Source: the human T2T-CHM13v2.0 reference genome, Homo sapiens | Assembly (NCBI RefSeq): GCF_009914755.1 | Contig: NC_060941.1 | Direction: 5' to 3' (one strand) | DNA length: 64,000 nt | Shown: positions 28,301 through 42,271 of the stretch, piece after piece | Numbering within the stretch: position 1 is the stretch's first letter | Layout: each line of letters starts with the position of its first letter | Made by a program: the position numbers and the translations under genes | Notes under the pieces: model-generated | Seen by the model: the letters and a program-made list of their open reading frames with translations, nothing else | What the model was told of the DNA's origin: nothing | The model's database searches: none

Positions 28301-31300
28301 TTTCAGAAGGCATAGAGTATCTATTTTGCATTTGGGTTGGGGGAGATGGAGATTTGCCCTAACTTTGATTCTTTTAGGTCAAGAATAATTTCTTTCAGAA
28401 CCCGGATGGTTTTCTTATTTCCATAAAATGGGTTGCCACATTAGGCCTCAGAGTCCACCAAATGAACGGTTCTTCTCTTCTGCTGTCCCTCAAATTTGTG
28501 ATATGTAAAATATGTGTGAAGATGCAGATAACATGTGGGATCTCATTGGCTCTACCATTCCTTAGAGAAAATGTAATTGTTATTGATTCTAACTGATCAT
28601 TCAAAAATTAAGTTCCTCCAAATTTACTCTTTTTCTAATTGAAGGTTCCAGCTGCCATGGGATTGAGATTTCCTATTTTTTTTTTTCTTGTCCCGAAACT
28701 CTCTGTCAAAGATTTTATTTCTCTAGGCAACCAGCTGGTTTTTCACATAGATAAGGTCAATTAATTTGACCTTTGGTTCAATATGAAATGCATAATAAAA
28801 GCTGGTGCCCCAAGGACCGGATGTGGCCTTTCAAAAAAGTAACTTGCCAGGACAGGGAACAATAATTTATTACCTCATAAACCCCAGTTGAAATGCCTGT
28901 TGCCCAGCATAGCAATGACAAGGAGCTTGTGTGTCTTTATTTATTTATTTTTATTCTATGCAATAGAGAGAGGGGAGGAAAATAAAAAAATAAATAAATA
29001 AAACAAGCACCTGCCCCATTCAGGGAGGAAAAATGGCAAAGGCAAAAAAGATCTACTCGTACTGCTTGAATTTTTGTTTTATAGCAAGTTTTCATCCACT
29101 ACACAAAAATTCTTAGAGACAGGCTCGGGAAAGTTTATTATCAACTATAAAATTTTGTTAAATTGTATTTCATCGCTTGAATTTTGAGAGATACAGGAAA
29201 TCTTTGTGAAGCGATTTGAAATAGAGAACCAAAATTGCTATGTATAGTCAACATCCAAAATGACTACTAATCAGGATAAATTTATCTATGGATCTGTTTG
29301 GTGGATATATTTATATATCTAATTTTAACAAATTCATGAGGCTGTGAACTCTTATATTTCAGTTTTTACTTAATTCTGTATCGCTATCATTCTGTATGCC
29401 ATTAGCATCCTTCATATGTGGTATTTATTCCTTTGCATAAATGTGTTATAACTGGCGTTTGTGTCTAGTTTTATCTGATATTTTAAACAACCCTGAATGA
29501 AACTCCTTTACATAAGTCATTGATCACATCCTTGATTATGTCTTAGAAATGGGCGATCTCAACAAAACATACAAATATCTTAAAGCTATTGAAAACTATT
29601 CTCTCAGTATAATTCACCATTTCTAGCCACCATGTAGTTTTTAATCCATTCCTTCAGCTGTTCCTTTGAAATAGTACTTTTAGTATACGTGGAATTATGG
29701 ATAAAACAGACTGTAGAAAATATTTAAACCTCAAAATGTAGACACGTGCCTAAAACGAATCTTAGCTCTGTGAATGCCCTTCATTGGGGAATTTTTACAG
29801 ATAATGAGATGCAAGTTTTGGAACTCCAGTGGGAGTTTTGAATAAGGGGCAATTTCTGAGTAATGGTGTAATGGAGTCATAGTAATGGTGCAATAGAGTA
29901 ATGGTGTAATACCCCACAGTGTGGGGTACAAGAGAAGCTTTGAGAATCTAGAATGCACCAGGTCCTTTTAGGTAGGAGACAAAAAATGCAGCCAAAGTGG
30001 GGAAGGGGTGGAAAGGAAAATAAAATAGTCCTGGAAACAAACAAACCTATTACAAAATTTTTACACAGCTACTTGTGTGACCTTCTGGTGAGAATGCAAC
30101 TTAGAATCACTTTCCTAGAGAGCTACTTGGGAATATCTATCTAAAGGCTTAAATAACAGATACTCTGTCTAAGCAAATACAATTTGAAGTCTTCATACCC
30201 AGAAAATCATCATCGATATCCCAAACAACTATTGTAACAGAATTTAACTTTTACAAATAAAAAATTAAATAAAATTTGTTTCATCTTTCCAAAATTTTTT
30301 ATATGCAAATAGTGAGAAAGAGAGAGGGAGGGGCAAACAATTTATACCAGGTATTTTGTTTGCAACTGGCTTCTTTTTATTCATTTACCAATATATTAAT
30401 GGTGGTTATTGCTGGTTTCTAATTTTATGGTGATACTAAATTTTCTTATTTTTTCAAACTTCAAAACACAAAGACAAAAAGCCATCAACAAATGCTATTT
30501 TGCTATATCTATAGATGATTCAGTACTGCATATCAAAATGGGAAAAATTTCTTTTCCCATATTCTTTCATTCAGTGGTTCCCCATACTCACTTGTAACCG
30601 CAAACTGGATGTACGGTTAATGCCATTTGTGCTCTATTTCAAAGACATTATTAGTTAAATAGCCTTCTTTTTAAGTATCTTAAGAACCTAGCCACAATTT
30701 ATATTATTGTTTTCATGGGAAAAACATGTTCCAAGTTTCAAACAGCTAGTGTAAAAACAAATCCAAAACAGTTTGCATGTATGTTGAAGACCGTCTATTC
30801 AGTTTTTTGTTTGTTTGTTTTTACTCCTGAAAGCTAGTTGGTGTCTTGAAGTCATGAATTGCCTGAGAGTACAATATACCCAGTGCCGGAAATTGTGGCC
30901 TGACCTTTAGTTAAGAAAGACTTCCTTCTAGATCTCTGTCTTACAGAGACCATTCTTTCCATGAGAATTTCTTTATTATTTTTGAAGTTATCAATTGAAA
31001 TCACAATTTACTGATTTGTGTGTGAAGTAAGTCTGACACAAAACAGGGAATCATATTTAAGACTACTAAGTTATCCCCTTCTCATTACTTTTTTTTTGTT
31101 TGATTGTAGAAAAACCTCTATAGAGCCATATCTCTCTAATACTTGTATTATATTTATCTCCAGAGATCTAGCTTGCTCAAAAGGAGACTATTATCTGACT
31201 GCCTGAATAGATCCCATTACAGGAAAAATTGACTGAAATATTGTCAAATGTGTTCCAGCAATAAAATTCAGGTAATAAGTTGAATTTCTAGCTTTCTGTG

Positions 31301-31561
31301 TCCAGATTTCCCCTATATGATTCTAAACAATAGTTGGGGCAGGTCAAGAAAAAGAGGTTAAGAGACATGATGGTAAAGAAAGACCAGGAAGAGGATGAAA
31401 ACTTTGTGAGTCTCAGGAACATAAAACTGCCAGTTGTTTGCAGCAAAATTCTCACGACCCCAAAGCTGAACTTTGTAAACAGGCTTGGCATCAAACTCTT
31501 GCCTGGAGAAAATAAGGAAGAAAAGAAAGAAAAAAAAGAGAAGACCCTTGCCCTGCATACA

Positions 31562-31562
<1 letters not shown>

Positions 31563-31605
<43 letters not shown>
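31563..31605. repeat. (CA)n microsatellite
   Basis: Direct inspection. Confidence 0.95.
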
Positions 31606-31794
31606 TATGGCATGTGTGCACTGCTTAAATTTGTAAGGACATATACAACTGGCCCGTTTCTAAATAAGTCTTTTAATATCCTGAGCAGTTTGTATTAGGC
31701 TGAGTGATAGAATTATTTGTATTGGCCAATTATTTCCAACTCTGTTTCCTGGAGAGGTTATTTCTAATTTTTTTAGTATTATAAAGTTCCTAAT

Positions 31795-32070
31795 ATGTGA
31801 GGAGGAGGTATGATATATGATGAAAACCATGAATTTAAGTGTTGATTGGATCTGAGTTTCAACTCAACTAACTTACTCGATTTAAAGTTATTTGATTTTT
31901 TTTTTGTTTTGCCCTTTAAAACTGTGAAAATCATAGCATGTATCTCTTTTAATTATTGTGAGAATTGAAAGACATGCACACTAACTGATCACACTTATTT
32001 AGAAAGCTTAGATTAATGCCTGACCACAGTGAGTCTACAATAAATATTGGATATAATTATTCTTGCCATT
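31795..32070 (+). mobile_element. MIR fragment
   Basis: gatctgagtttcaactc...ttattgtgagaattgaaaga...aaagcttagattaatgcctgaccacagtgagtctacaataaatattgg. Confidence 0.6.
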
Positions 32071-33309
32071 GTTATTAGAAGAAATTGTTAATTGAATCAG
32101 AGACCTGGAATGAAATAATCCCCAGATATAGGCATCTTAACCTTAGCAATCTCTTTTTGAGTACAAAAAGGGAGCTTATTTTAATGTATAACAGGAAACA
32201 TCCACACTTCCCTCATATGCCTCCATAGTTAGGAATTTGAACCTATTTCTTTATTACAATAATGGAAATTTTCATCAAATGGGCTAGAACTAATTTTCAA
32301 ACATGGTTGCTATGACATCTTTCATAGTTTTTATCACATTATAAGTAAATGTGTTTTACTCATGGTCATGCCTAGCAATAAAGAAATAATAGCACTCAAT
32401 GCAAATGGATGGCTTAAAAATTGGACATTAGATGTGAACCAGGGCCTGACTTTTCATATAAAAGGTTTTATGTATTTTAAATGTGACTCAGTAATTTCTA
32501 TTTGAATGCTGAATGTGTCTGTCTCTATTTTTCATAGACATGATGGGTAAATTCCACAGTAATAAATATCTTGAAAATTTCTGTCTAATAAAATTAATGT
32601 TATCCAGTAACCCACTTGATTATAATATATTTTCTACAATTGATATTATATAGTCCTTTGACATTTGTTGATATTGGCTGTGATATTTATTAAGGTTATC
32701 TTTAATAATTTCATTTATGAGATTCAAACCTTCATCACTTTATTTTCTCAGATGACCTGATAAATCTCTTATGTCTATCATTTTCTAATAATATTTTCTA
32801 TCCTACAAAATAACTTTCTTCCAGTCTTACGCTTTTCGATACCTGGTGTATTTGTAAGTGTTGCTTAATATTTTCCCCCCTCTCTCATCTCTTGAGACTT
32901 ACTTTAAGTTTTTCTTTTCAGTTACTTTATTTTTTTCAACTCTCTAAATGCCATTATTAATATTTTCTGGGTTTTAGGTTCATTATATGTTAGATTTCAA
33001 AATTAGACCACAAGATTTATGTGCCTATTATTTCACATATATTGTAGTTTAGTCATCATGAAGTTATCCCTTGATACCCCAGCTCAACTTTGACCTTGTG
33101 ACAAAATATTGTTCTGCCTTTCTATTCACATGGGTATGTGAATTTCTCACCAAGATTCTGCATCATAGACTTTTGTGTTAGATTTCCAGATACACCAACA
33201 AGCCTAATTGAAAAAATGGGAATGTGCATATTTACCCTCCCTTTGTTTCTCTCATTATATGTTTTTGCAGTTTAGTAGATAACTATCCTCATACTTCTAG
33301 CTTGTTAGA

Positions 33310-33858
33310 TCTAGTAGTTGTGGACCTGTGAGGTAAACTCACAAAAGATAGATTAGCAAGGACAAAAACAGATTGAATTACATATGTACGTACAGGTATT
33401 CACATAGAAATGTGTCAAAAGGAAATGTCTAGAATTTGGGCCTCATATACCATCTTAACAAAGGATGATAAATTGTGGAGAAGTAACTATACAAAGGAAG
33501 GGAGGGCACTGAACTTCCAGGGCATGTAAATTGTGGAAATGTAAGTATGAGGAAAACTAATGGAATATAAGGGTTATTTAGTTAAGAAGTGTTATGTAGA
33601 CTCAAGAGCTTTCTCTGTTGATAAGAGGTATCTCCACTGACAGAGTTGTCCTCCTCTTTCTGATACAAAAAAGAAAGATACCTTTACAAATGGAAATTTG
33701 TGTTACGTTTACAAAGGAAAATTTATGCCCCGCTTTTAGACAGAAAGGTGGAGGGCAGAGAGCTTTTTCTGTATTTGCTATTCCTAAATTGCAATCAGCT
33801 TAAAATAAGCCTTATCTCAAAGCAGAATATTTTGGGCTAATATACACCAATCCCCATC
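33310..33858 (-). mobile_element. MER34-family ERV1 solo LTR
   Basis: tttacaaaggaaaatttatgccccgcttttag...gagggcagagagc...cagcttaaaataagccttatctcaaagcagaatattttggg is the reverse of the MER34 5' end. Confidence 0.7.
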
Positions 33859-33866
33859 TGTGTCTG

Positions 33867-33900
33867 TTCTTTCTTTCTTTCTTTCTTTTTTCTTTCTTTC

Positions 33901-33926
<26 letters not shown>
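33867..33926. repeat. (TTTC)n / poly-T tract
   Basis: Direct inspection. Confidence 0.9.
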
Positions 33927-33931
<5 letters not shown>

Positions 33932-36379
33932 CTCTAAACAATTGAGTTTTGAAGTTTGGCTGGTACTTTCCACATATTATTTTTTGTTTTTGTTGTTAAT
34001 CTTGTACTTATTTTGTCTCACTGGCTCCTGATTTTAAATAATCTGTATCGCTTTTCACAAATATAAACAGTGTAACATGTTTATAAAACATTTTCAAACA
34101 TTTAACGTTTGTAAAATTTAAAAACCACCCCCAATTCTGACATCCAGTGATGGTCCTTTTTAACATTTTGATGTGTTTTATTTTTGTTGCAGTATGTATT
34201 TCTGTAAGTATGTGTGTATTAACAAAGCTCACTAATACTTTATAATCAAATTCTCTGCTGGTTTCATATTCTCCATTCATCCACTTGCACCTTAAATATC
34301 AGCAAACTGACTTGTTCCTGGAACACGCTGGTTCACCTTTACATATGCACCACTGTATATAGCATTCCTTTATATTATTTCTTCAGCTTAGAGCATCCTA
34401 ATCAACCCCATCCCTAAGCTGAATTTTCATTTTACAGTACCAAGGCACCCTTATATTTGCCTTTATATCAAAACACATTTTATATGCATTATAATTTTCT
34501 TTCTTGTCCATGTCTTCAGCTACACACAGAGCTTAACAATTTATTTTTGTTGTTGAAATCTGCTGAATAACAAGTTTTTAATAAGTATTTGTTAATCAAA
34601 CATATGTTTCAATCATTTTCTACCTGTATCAAAGTAAATGCATCAATCAACACATGTTTACTAACACCTTGGGTATACTTCTATGCTAGGTGTTGTATAT
34701 GCTACAAAGAAATTAATCACAATGCTGAATACAGACAAATGGGAGAAGAAAGCAGGTTTGGAATCAGAAGACTTTGCTATTTGTTATGTGTTGATGAATA
34801 CATTTTTGTATTCTGCATGTTTCAGATGAGAAAACTAAGATTAATGCCCATTTCACAATATCATTTAGAGAATTTTCATAGTTAGTGGTTTCACAATGTG
34901 ATGTCAGTGTCAAATATACTTGTATTAAATATATTTTAACATTAAATATTTTTTATTTAAAATTAAAATAATATTAAAATGTTAGTCTTAACATTTTAAA
35001 TATTTAATTTAACATTAAAATATTATTGCTACTATTACTTAATTCATCAAAGTGGCCACAATTTAATGAGTGTAGCATAAAGCATTTGCAGTTCTTACTG
35101 TCTTGCTGAAAATGCAAAATGTCAATTTCAGTCTTTGTCTTAAACTCATAATTAAAACTTAGAGGCAGTTCAACCCTAAATCATTACAAGGTGTGTGCTC
35201 ACACTTTCTGGAAACTTGGATAGTGCTTCTTATTGCATTGGATACCTGACAAAACAAAGATGTTGCCTACAAAAAACAACAAAGTTAATGAGACTTTTTA
35301 AAAATCGACTATAAACAAAGGAACCAGGGCTCTCCAAAATAAAAAAGTACATTATTTTATTTTAAAGTCTTAAAGTTTAGATAGATTACTGAAGCCCAAG
35401 GAACTGCCACTCCATAGCTTTTCCTTCAGACATATTACTAGGGTCTCCCATATTCTTAAAGTGTTATTCTACAGTTGGCAAGATCTTTAGGTTGACCCTT
35501 CTGTGAACTAGGAGGTCTCGAGTGAAATTTGTATGAATCCTATGAGTTCTAAATTCTATTTGGCTTACACAACGTGTAACTCAGCATTCTCACAGATTTT
35601 AGTTTGCTTTTACTTTTAGCATTTAATCCTCAAAAGTTTGTTATATAGATAATGTTTCAGTGAACAGCTATTTAGCACTATTATTACTATCTTCTGCTTA
35701 AGATTGTTTTCAATAATGCAAAACCAAAATTCAAAACCCATACAAAAAGAGATCATCAGAATGTGTTCATACAATTCTGTTATGTGAGTTAGCATTTTTT
35801 TTGCTTATTTATGCAACCTCAAACTTTTCCCTCATCCTGTAAAATTCAGCATTCTCTTGTAATTCAGAAATTCTCAGTGATAAAGTTCTGCTTTAATTAG
35901 TATTGAGGATTATTTTTTTAAAAAGGGCGAGAGAGAAAGAGAAGGAGAGCTGAGAGAATAAGCACAGGAAATTACTAGAATAACAACATGACAACTGGAG
36001 AGGCATCACACTTCAAATAGACAAATAGGGCACAATAATGGATCCCAAATGTTTTTATTTTTTTTCTTAATTTCTGTGTTTCCATAAGAAAGCTAGAGAA
36101 TAGTTTAAGCTGAAGCCTTATCACTAGAGCCGAAAAATAATAAACACAAAAAACTCTTTAAGAAGTAATAAAATATAAGAAAACAATATTTTAAAATTTA
36201 AGTATGTTAATAAAGCATTTCTCTTTTTTTTTTTTGGCTGTTACCTACTTATTGTTTGTGATGATTTTACTCAGTACCCTGTGGTTTCCTCCCTGGTTGC
36301 TTTGCCTGTCTTTCAGATACTTTTCTAAGGACTTCTGTTATTTGATAAGTAGTATCAAAATTCTTTTTTGATAGGTTAG

Positions 36380-36741
<362 letters not shown>

Positions 36742-36944
36742 TAAAGAAGAATAAATTTTTAAAATGTTTACTTTCATTTGTTGTTTCAAATATAAGAAAA
36801 TAGTCTTATGATTATACAATGTAGTATTAATAACAATTTATCATTGTATTATTTCTTATACATTGTAATTTATTGCAATCACAACTTTATTAATATAATT
36901 ATTTATATTTACGATACTCATATAATAGTATATTGATATAATAG

Positions 36945-37130
36945 TCAACATTTCTTGAGTGTTTACCATGTACCAATTATTATAAGTGAATTATCAAAAA
37001 TTATTTATTTTAATATTTAATATCATTATGAGACAATTACTATTATCCCAATTATAGAAAAAAATGAGGATCAGAGAGGATAGATAACTTGTCCAAAATC
37101 TTGTAGTAGTGAGATTATAAGTCTAGCTAT
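36945..37130 (-). mobile_element. MIR fragment
   Basis: caacatttcttgagtgtttaccatgtacca...tactattatcccaattatagaaaaaaatgagg...agagaggatagataacttgtccaa. Confidence 0.65.
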
Positions 37131-37292
37131 CCCTGTAAAAACTATGCTATGTCATATCTAAAAGCCTATGTAGCAGATAGGACAGGTATATGATAATCAT
37201 TTTGCAAATACAGACACAAAAATTTATGTTCTCATTACTCAACTTGCTCATAAACACTCAGCAAGCTATCTGAAAAGACTAAAAGTGTGAGG

Positions 37293-38130
37293 TTTTTTTT
37301 TTTTTTTTTGCTTTTTTAAACATTTATTTTTGATTCAGGGGGACCTGGGAAGTTTTTTTATATAGGTAAACTCATGTCATAGGGGTTTGTTGCATAGATT
37401 ATTTCATGCCCCAGGTATTAAGCCTAGTACACAACAGTTATTTTTTCTGCTCTTCTCCATCCTCCTACCCTTCACCGTCAAGTAGATCCCAGTGTGTGTT
37501 GTTTCCTTCTTTGTGTTCATGAGTTCCCATCATTTAGTTTCCACTTATAAGTGAAAACATGCAGTATTTGATTTTCTATTCCTGTGTTAGTTTGCTAAGG
37601 ATAATAGCCACGAACTCCATCAATGTTCCTGCAAAAGACATGATCTCATTCTTTATGGCTGCATAGAATTTCATGGTGTATATGTACCACATTTTATTTA
37701 TACAATCTGCGGTTGATGGGCATTTGAGTTGATTCCATGTTTTTGCTATTGTGAAAAATGCTGCAGTGAACATACACATGCGTGTGTCTTTATGGTATAA
37801 TGATTTATATTCCTCTGGGTTTATACCCAGTAATGGGATTGCTGGGTTGAATGATAGTTCTGCTTTTAGCAGTTTGAGGAATCACCATACTGTTTTCCAC
37901 AATGGTTGAATTAATTTGCACTCCCACTAACAGTGTATAAGCATTCTCTTTTCTCCACAACCTCACCAACATGTGTTATTTTTTGACTTTTTAATAAAAG
38001 TTATTCTGACTGGCGTGAGATGGTATCTCATTGTGGTTTTGATTTGTATTTCTCTAATGATCAGTGATACTGAGCTTTTCTTCATATGCTTGGTGACTGC
38101 ATGTATGTCTTTTTTTGAAAAAGTCTGTTT
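37293..38130 (-). mobile_element. 5'-truncated L1 (L1PA15/16-type) 3' end
   Basis: Poly-T, 3'UTR and ORF2 C-terminal remnant (MFTAAFFTIAKTWNQLKCPS...MWYIYTM). Confidence 0.9.
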
Positions 38131-38402
38131 TTTAATAACTAGTGAGATTTCTCACTTCATCACAATATTTTTTAATTTAGATTTTCTCATTTAAATTTCT
38201 TACCACTTTTTAGACATAGATGCATTCTTTATATTTCATCTGTTTTCAGATGAATATTAATTGACAATTTGATACTAGATCCTCCTTTAATTTTTTGTTC
38301 ATGACTTGTCTGTCCACAGTAAAAAAAAAAAGTATAAATAGTAGCAAAATATAGAAACCAATGGTTTTCAGGCATTGGATAACAGGAAATTCAAGTCTAC
38401 AA

Positions 38403-38701
38403 TTTTTTTTTTTTTTTTTTGAGACAGAGTCTTGCTCTGTCGCTCAGGCTGGAGTTCAGTGGCGCAACCTTGGCTCACTTCATCTCTGCCTCCTGGGTTC
38501 AAGCAATTCTCCTGCCTCAGCCTCCCAAGTAGCTTGGATTACAAGTGTATGCCACCATGCCCGGCTAATTTTTGTATTTTTAGTAGAGATGGGGTTTCGC
38601 CATGTTGGCCAGGCTGGTCTCGATGTCCTGACCTCAGGTGATCTGCCCACCTCGGCCTCCGAAAGTGCTGGGATTACAGGTGTGTGCCACCAAACCCGGC
38701 C
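38403..38701 (-). mobile_element. AluSx-like
   Basis: Full Alu, gttggccaggctggtctc...cctcaggtgatc. Confidence 0.92.
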
Positions 38702-39703
38702 TCCAATTCTTAAGAGAAGGTAAACATATTCCCTGTCTCTCTGCCTGGGGATATGTTCATACCTCAAGGCAGATCAAATTAGAGCTCAAGTAGTGAAGCA
38801 ATACCTCTGAGCTGATAAGGCAAATATGAGTTCCAGGCCACTAAAACAACTGAAATTTGCTGAGCAGGATCACAGAAAATAGGGGCTACATAAAGTAAAG
38901 GACCCAGAAGTCTGCATGAGAATTTACCATGGGATCTTGACTGAGAGAAGTTGTACAGGCATAGGATAAAAAACTGTGAGACAGCAGAAATTTTTTCTTA
39001 CAGAGAAGATGGCAGAATCATGATACCAAAGGCCTTTTAAGCATGGATGATAGAATTTTGGTCCAGGAAGAGTAGAGAAACCTCTCTAATAAACTAATAT
39101 ATTCAAGTGAGATCCAAGAAAATTAATAACTATTAATAAAGACTACATTCTAAAATAAAGCCCACATCCTAAGTATCAACTTAAAATTGAAATCATTATG
39201 TCATAAAAAATAATAAAATCAAGCTTCACAATGACAGTAGGATCTGCCATTATTGAACATATTGTCAAGAAAGAAAGTTGGCACAATCCAGATGTCTTAT
39301 AACACATCACTGTAATGTCCAGAATATGATACAAATTACTAGGCATGTGAAAAAAAAAAAACCAGCGAAAATGTGACTTTAAAAAAAAAGTCAATACAAA
39401 TAGATCATGCAATATCCCAGATATTGTAATTAACTGATAAAGCCATTTAAAGTTCAAGGACCTAAAGGAAAAAAAAAAGTGACAATGAGTGAACAGATGA
39501 GAAAACTCAATAGATAAATTAAAACTAAAAAAAAAACTGAAATTATAGAACTGAGGAGTCCAAAATCTAAAATTAAAAAAAAAAAACTGGGTTTAAGGGC
39601 AGTTTAGACGCTGATTACAAAAAAAGCTTTGTCAACTTAAAAACAGATCAACAGAAGATATATATTTTAAAATACAGAGAGAAAAAGATTGACAGAAAAT
39701 TAG

Positions 39704-39982
39704 CAGAACTTATTCCTTTTGTCTAACTGAAACTGGTGAATATAGTTAATAACAGTATAACATATTTAAAAATTGCTGAGAGTAGATTTTTAAAGGTTCT
39801 CACTACAAAAGAATGAGTAGGTTTGGTGATGCATATGTTAATTAGCTTGATTTAATTATTCCACTGTGTGTGTGTATCAAAAGATCACACTGTACCACAT
39901 AAATATATACAATTATTATTTGTTACAATTATTTAAATAAAATATACATAACTTTAAAAAGCAATTAAAAAGAAAAATAAAT
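39704..39982 (+). mobile_element. L1MA 3' end with short 5' inversion
   Basis: 39735-39960 sense L1MA 3'UTR; 39704-39734 is the reverse complement of the adjacent upstream L1MA segment; TSD aaaattagcaga / aaaattaacaga. Confidence 0.75.
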
Positions 39983-40604
39983 AAAATTAACAGAGCCTCA
40001 GTGACCTATGCAAAAATATGAAGTGGTCTAACACACAGGCAGTGGTGTATTAGGAAGGAGAAAAAGAAGGGGCAGAAAATATTTTTTTGAAGAAATTTCC
40101 TCCTCTTGTAAAAGCAAAAAAAAAATCACCTTTCATATCCAAGGAGCTCAATAAATGCCAAGAAGAATAAATACAAAAAAAACTCATATCTAGACATATC
40201 AAAATTATACTGCTATCATAAAAAGCTAAGATAAAGAAACATTTTATAATGTGCCAAAGGCAAAAACAAAACAAAACAAAACAGATCACAATTCGGGGAA
40301 CGATTTTATAAAAACAGTTGACTTCTTATCCGTAGTAATGGGTGCTAGAAAACAATCGAACAACAAATATGAAGTAACAGAAGAAAAACAGAAATTGACC
40401 TGAAATTCTGTACTCAGTGAAAATATCCTTCACAAATGATGGAGATGCGAAGACAATGCCAGTCAAACAAAAGCTGAGAGAATTAATGGTCATCAACATT
40501 TTAAGGATGCTGGAAAAAGTTCTTCAGGCTGAAGGAAAGTATTAATTGATGGAAGTAGTTTCCAGGAAAATAAACTGTCCTCAAAAACATAGAATCTAGC
40601 ACAG

Positions 40605-40760
40605 TAATTTTCATCAAACAATGGCCTGTGGGGCTCAGTCCAGCCCACTGACTGTATTGTAAAGTTTTATTGGAACACAGCCACGTCTGTACATTTATAT
40701 ATTATCTATGACTACTTTGGTCCTACGATTACAAATTGAGTTTCAACAGAGATCATATTT
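40605..40760. mobile_element. MER58 (hAT-Charlie) fragment
   Basis: gtaaagttttattggaacacagccacg...tatattatctatgactactt...aacagagatcatat. Confidence 0.7.
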
Positions 40761-41701
40761 CACCTTTACAGAAGGAAAAATTGCTAAGTCTTATTGTAGG
40801 GGATAAAAAAGCAGACAACATAATAAAACATAACAAGACTAATATATAATCATGTATAGCACAAATGTGTGCATTGAGAAAATTCAAATATCTCTTTAAA
40901 CAAAAAAATAGAGCTACTTGGAAATTTTCACTGGTTGGATGAGAGATCAGAAAAGTCAAAATGTATGAATGTTGAGTAAATAGCCACTGCCTAGGGCATT
41001 TCATCCACCAGAACAGAAGAATGGCAAATGATTCTTTGATACTTCCAGTGTTAGATTCAAGAAGTGGCATTTAAAAAGTATGATTCTCTTGATTGTATCA
41101 GATTTTCAAATTTACTGCAAGGAACACTAAATTTTGAATTAGGATCCCCACTTTTATGCAAAATAAGTAAATACATAAAGCATTTATGGATGGGTTTATC
41201 CTGAGCTCAGCTTTTATAAGGCTTACTTCCGTAAGGTATAAATTTATAAAAAATCCTTTCACAGATTGGAGATTTGTCGCCAGATTTGTCTGGCTATTAG
41301 ATTGTAACAGCGCAGGTGGGAATTTAGGGAAATAAACAGTACTCATAAGGACCTGTTGATTAATTTGAGCTCAGCCTTTCTATCCCTAATATTCTCTTTC
41401 CTTTCTCTCTCTGCACATCTGTGACACTGGAGTTTGGCCCAGAGGAAGAACGCACAGTGGAGATAAAGAGATGTGTGCCAAGAAAGCCGAATATTCAGAT
41501 CAGATGGGATGCAGATGAACATCTGTGCTGGGAAAAAAAAAAAAAAAAGAAAAAAAAAAGCCAAGGACAGATACTCTCCCAATGTTGAAATAACTGTACA
41601 GAATTCTACCCCTACAAAATCTCTCTTTTTTTATAGAGTTTTTCATTTAAAGAAATAGTGTTTCTGCACTGCACTTAAAGGTTATTTGCCTGCTCCTTTG
41701 C

Positions 41702-41703
<2 letters not shown>

Positions 41704-41739
<36 letters not shown>
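41704..41739. repeat. (GT)18 microsatellite
   Basis: Direct inspection. Confidence 0.95.
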
Positions 41740-41741
<2 letters not shown>

Positions 41742-42271
41742 CTTTTTTCAGTTTACCAATTCAAAGGCGCAGGCCAACCTCCTATTATTTGTGTCCATAT
41801 TTAAAGTGGGCTTGACAGTCAGATTTTTGCACTGACAGGCACACAATAAAAATCATGTACTGTTACTAGTTTTCTAGGCAGAATTATTTCATAACAATTA
41901 TCTTCACATCTCCAATGTTCTGTGTGCTCAAAACCAATTGTCTTTATTTTAATAATTAAGCCAAAGTGACAGTGGCTGACAGCTGCAATTGGTTTCATTT
42001 GTGAGGCAGGCACTGCTTTCAGTATCACCATGGAATCCTTCTGGCTCAGTGTCAGAATATTTAAGCCATTGAATGTAACCAAATTTGCAGTCAGACAAGG
42101 TGCACATTTTCAGGCAAACACACATTTTATGTGTGTGTAACACCATGCATTTTCTCACCGACTCCCAATAGCTTTAGCAAGATCTTTAAAGTACAAATCT
42201 ACAAAATATTTAATAGATGCAAAGGGCATTTTTAAATGAAACTGCTTTGTTCCCTTTTTGTGCTATTAATC

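Larger units (their letters stand above)
38330..40570 (+). mobile_element. Old L1M 5'UTR/ORF1-region fragment, interrupted by AluSx and an L1MA stub
   Basis: A-rich ORF1-like sequence (aattactaggcatgtgaa..., aacagagcctcagtgacctatg..., aaatatccttcacaaatga...caaaagctgagagaatt). Confidence 0.7.

Noticed and set aside
31288-31636. Lys/Glu-rich 100-aa ORF and antisense ORFs
   Set aside because: Composition comes from an A-rich tract and (CA)n; no recognisable domain or splice structure
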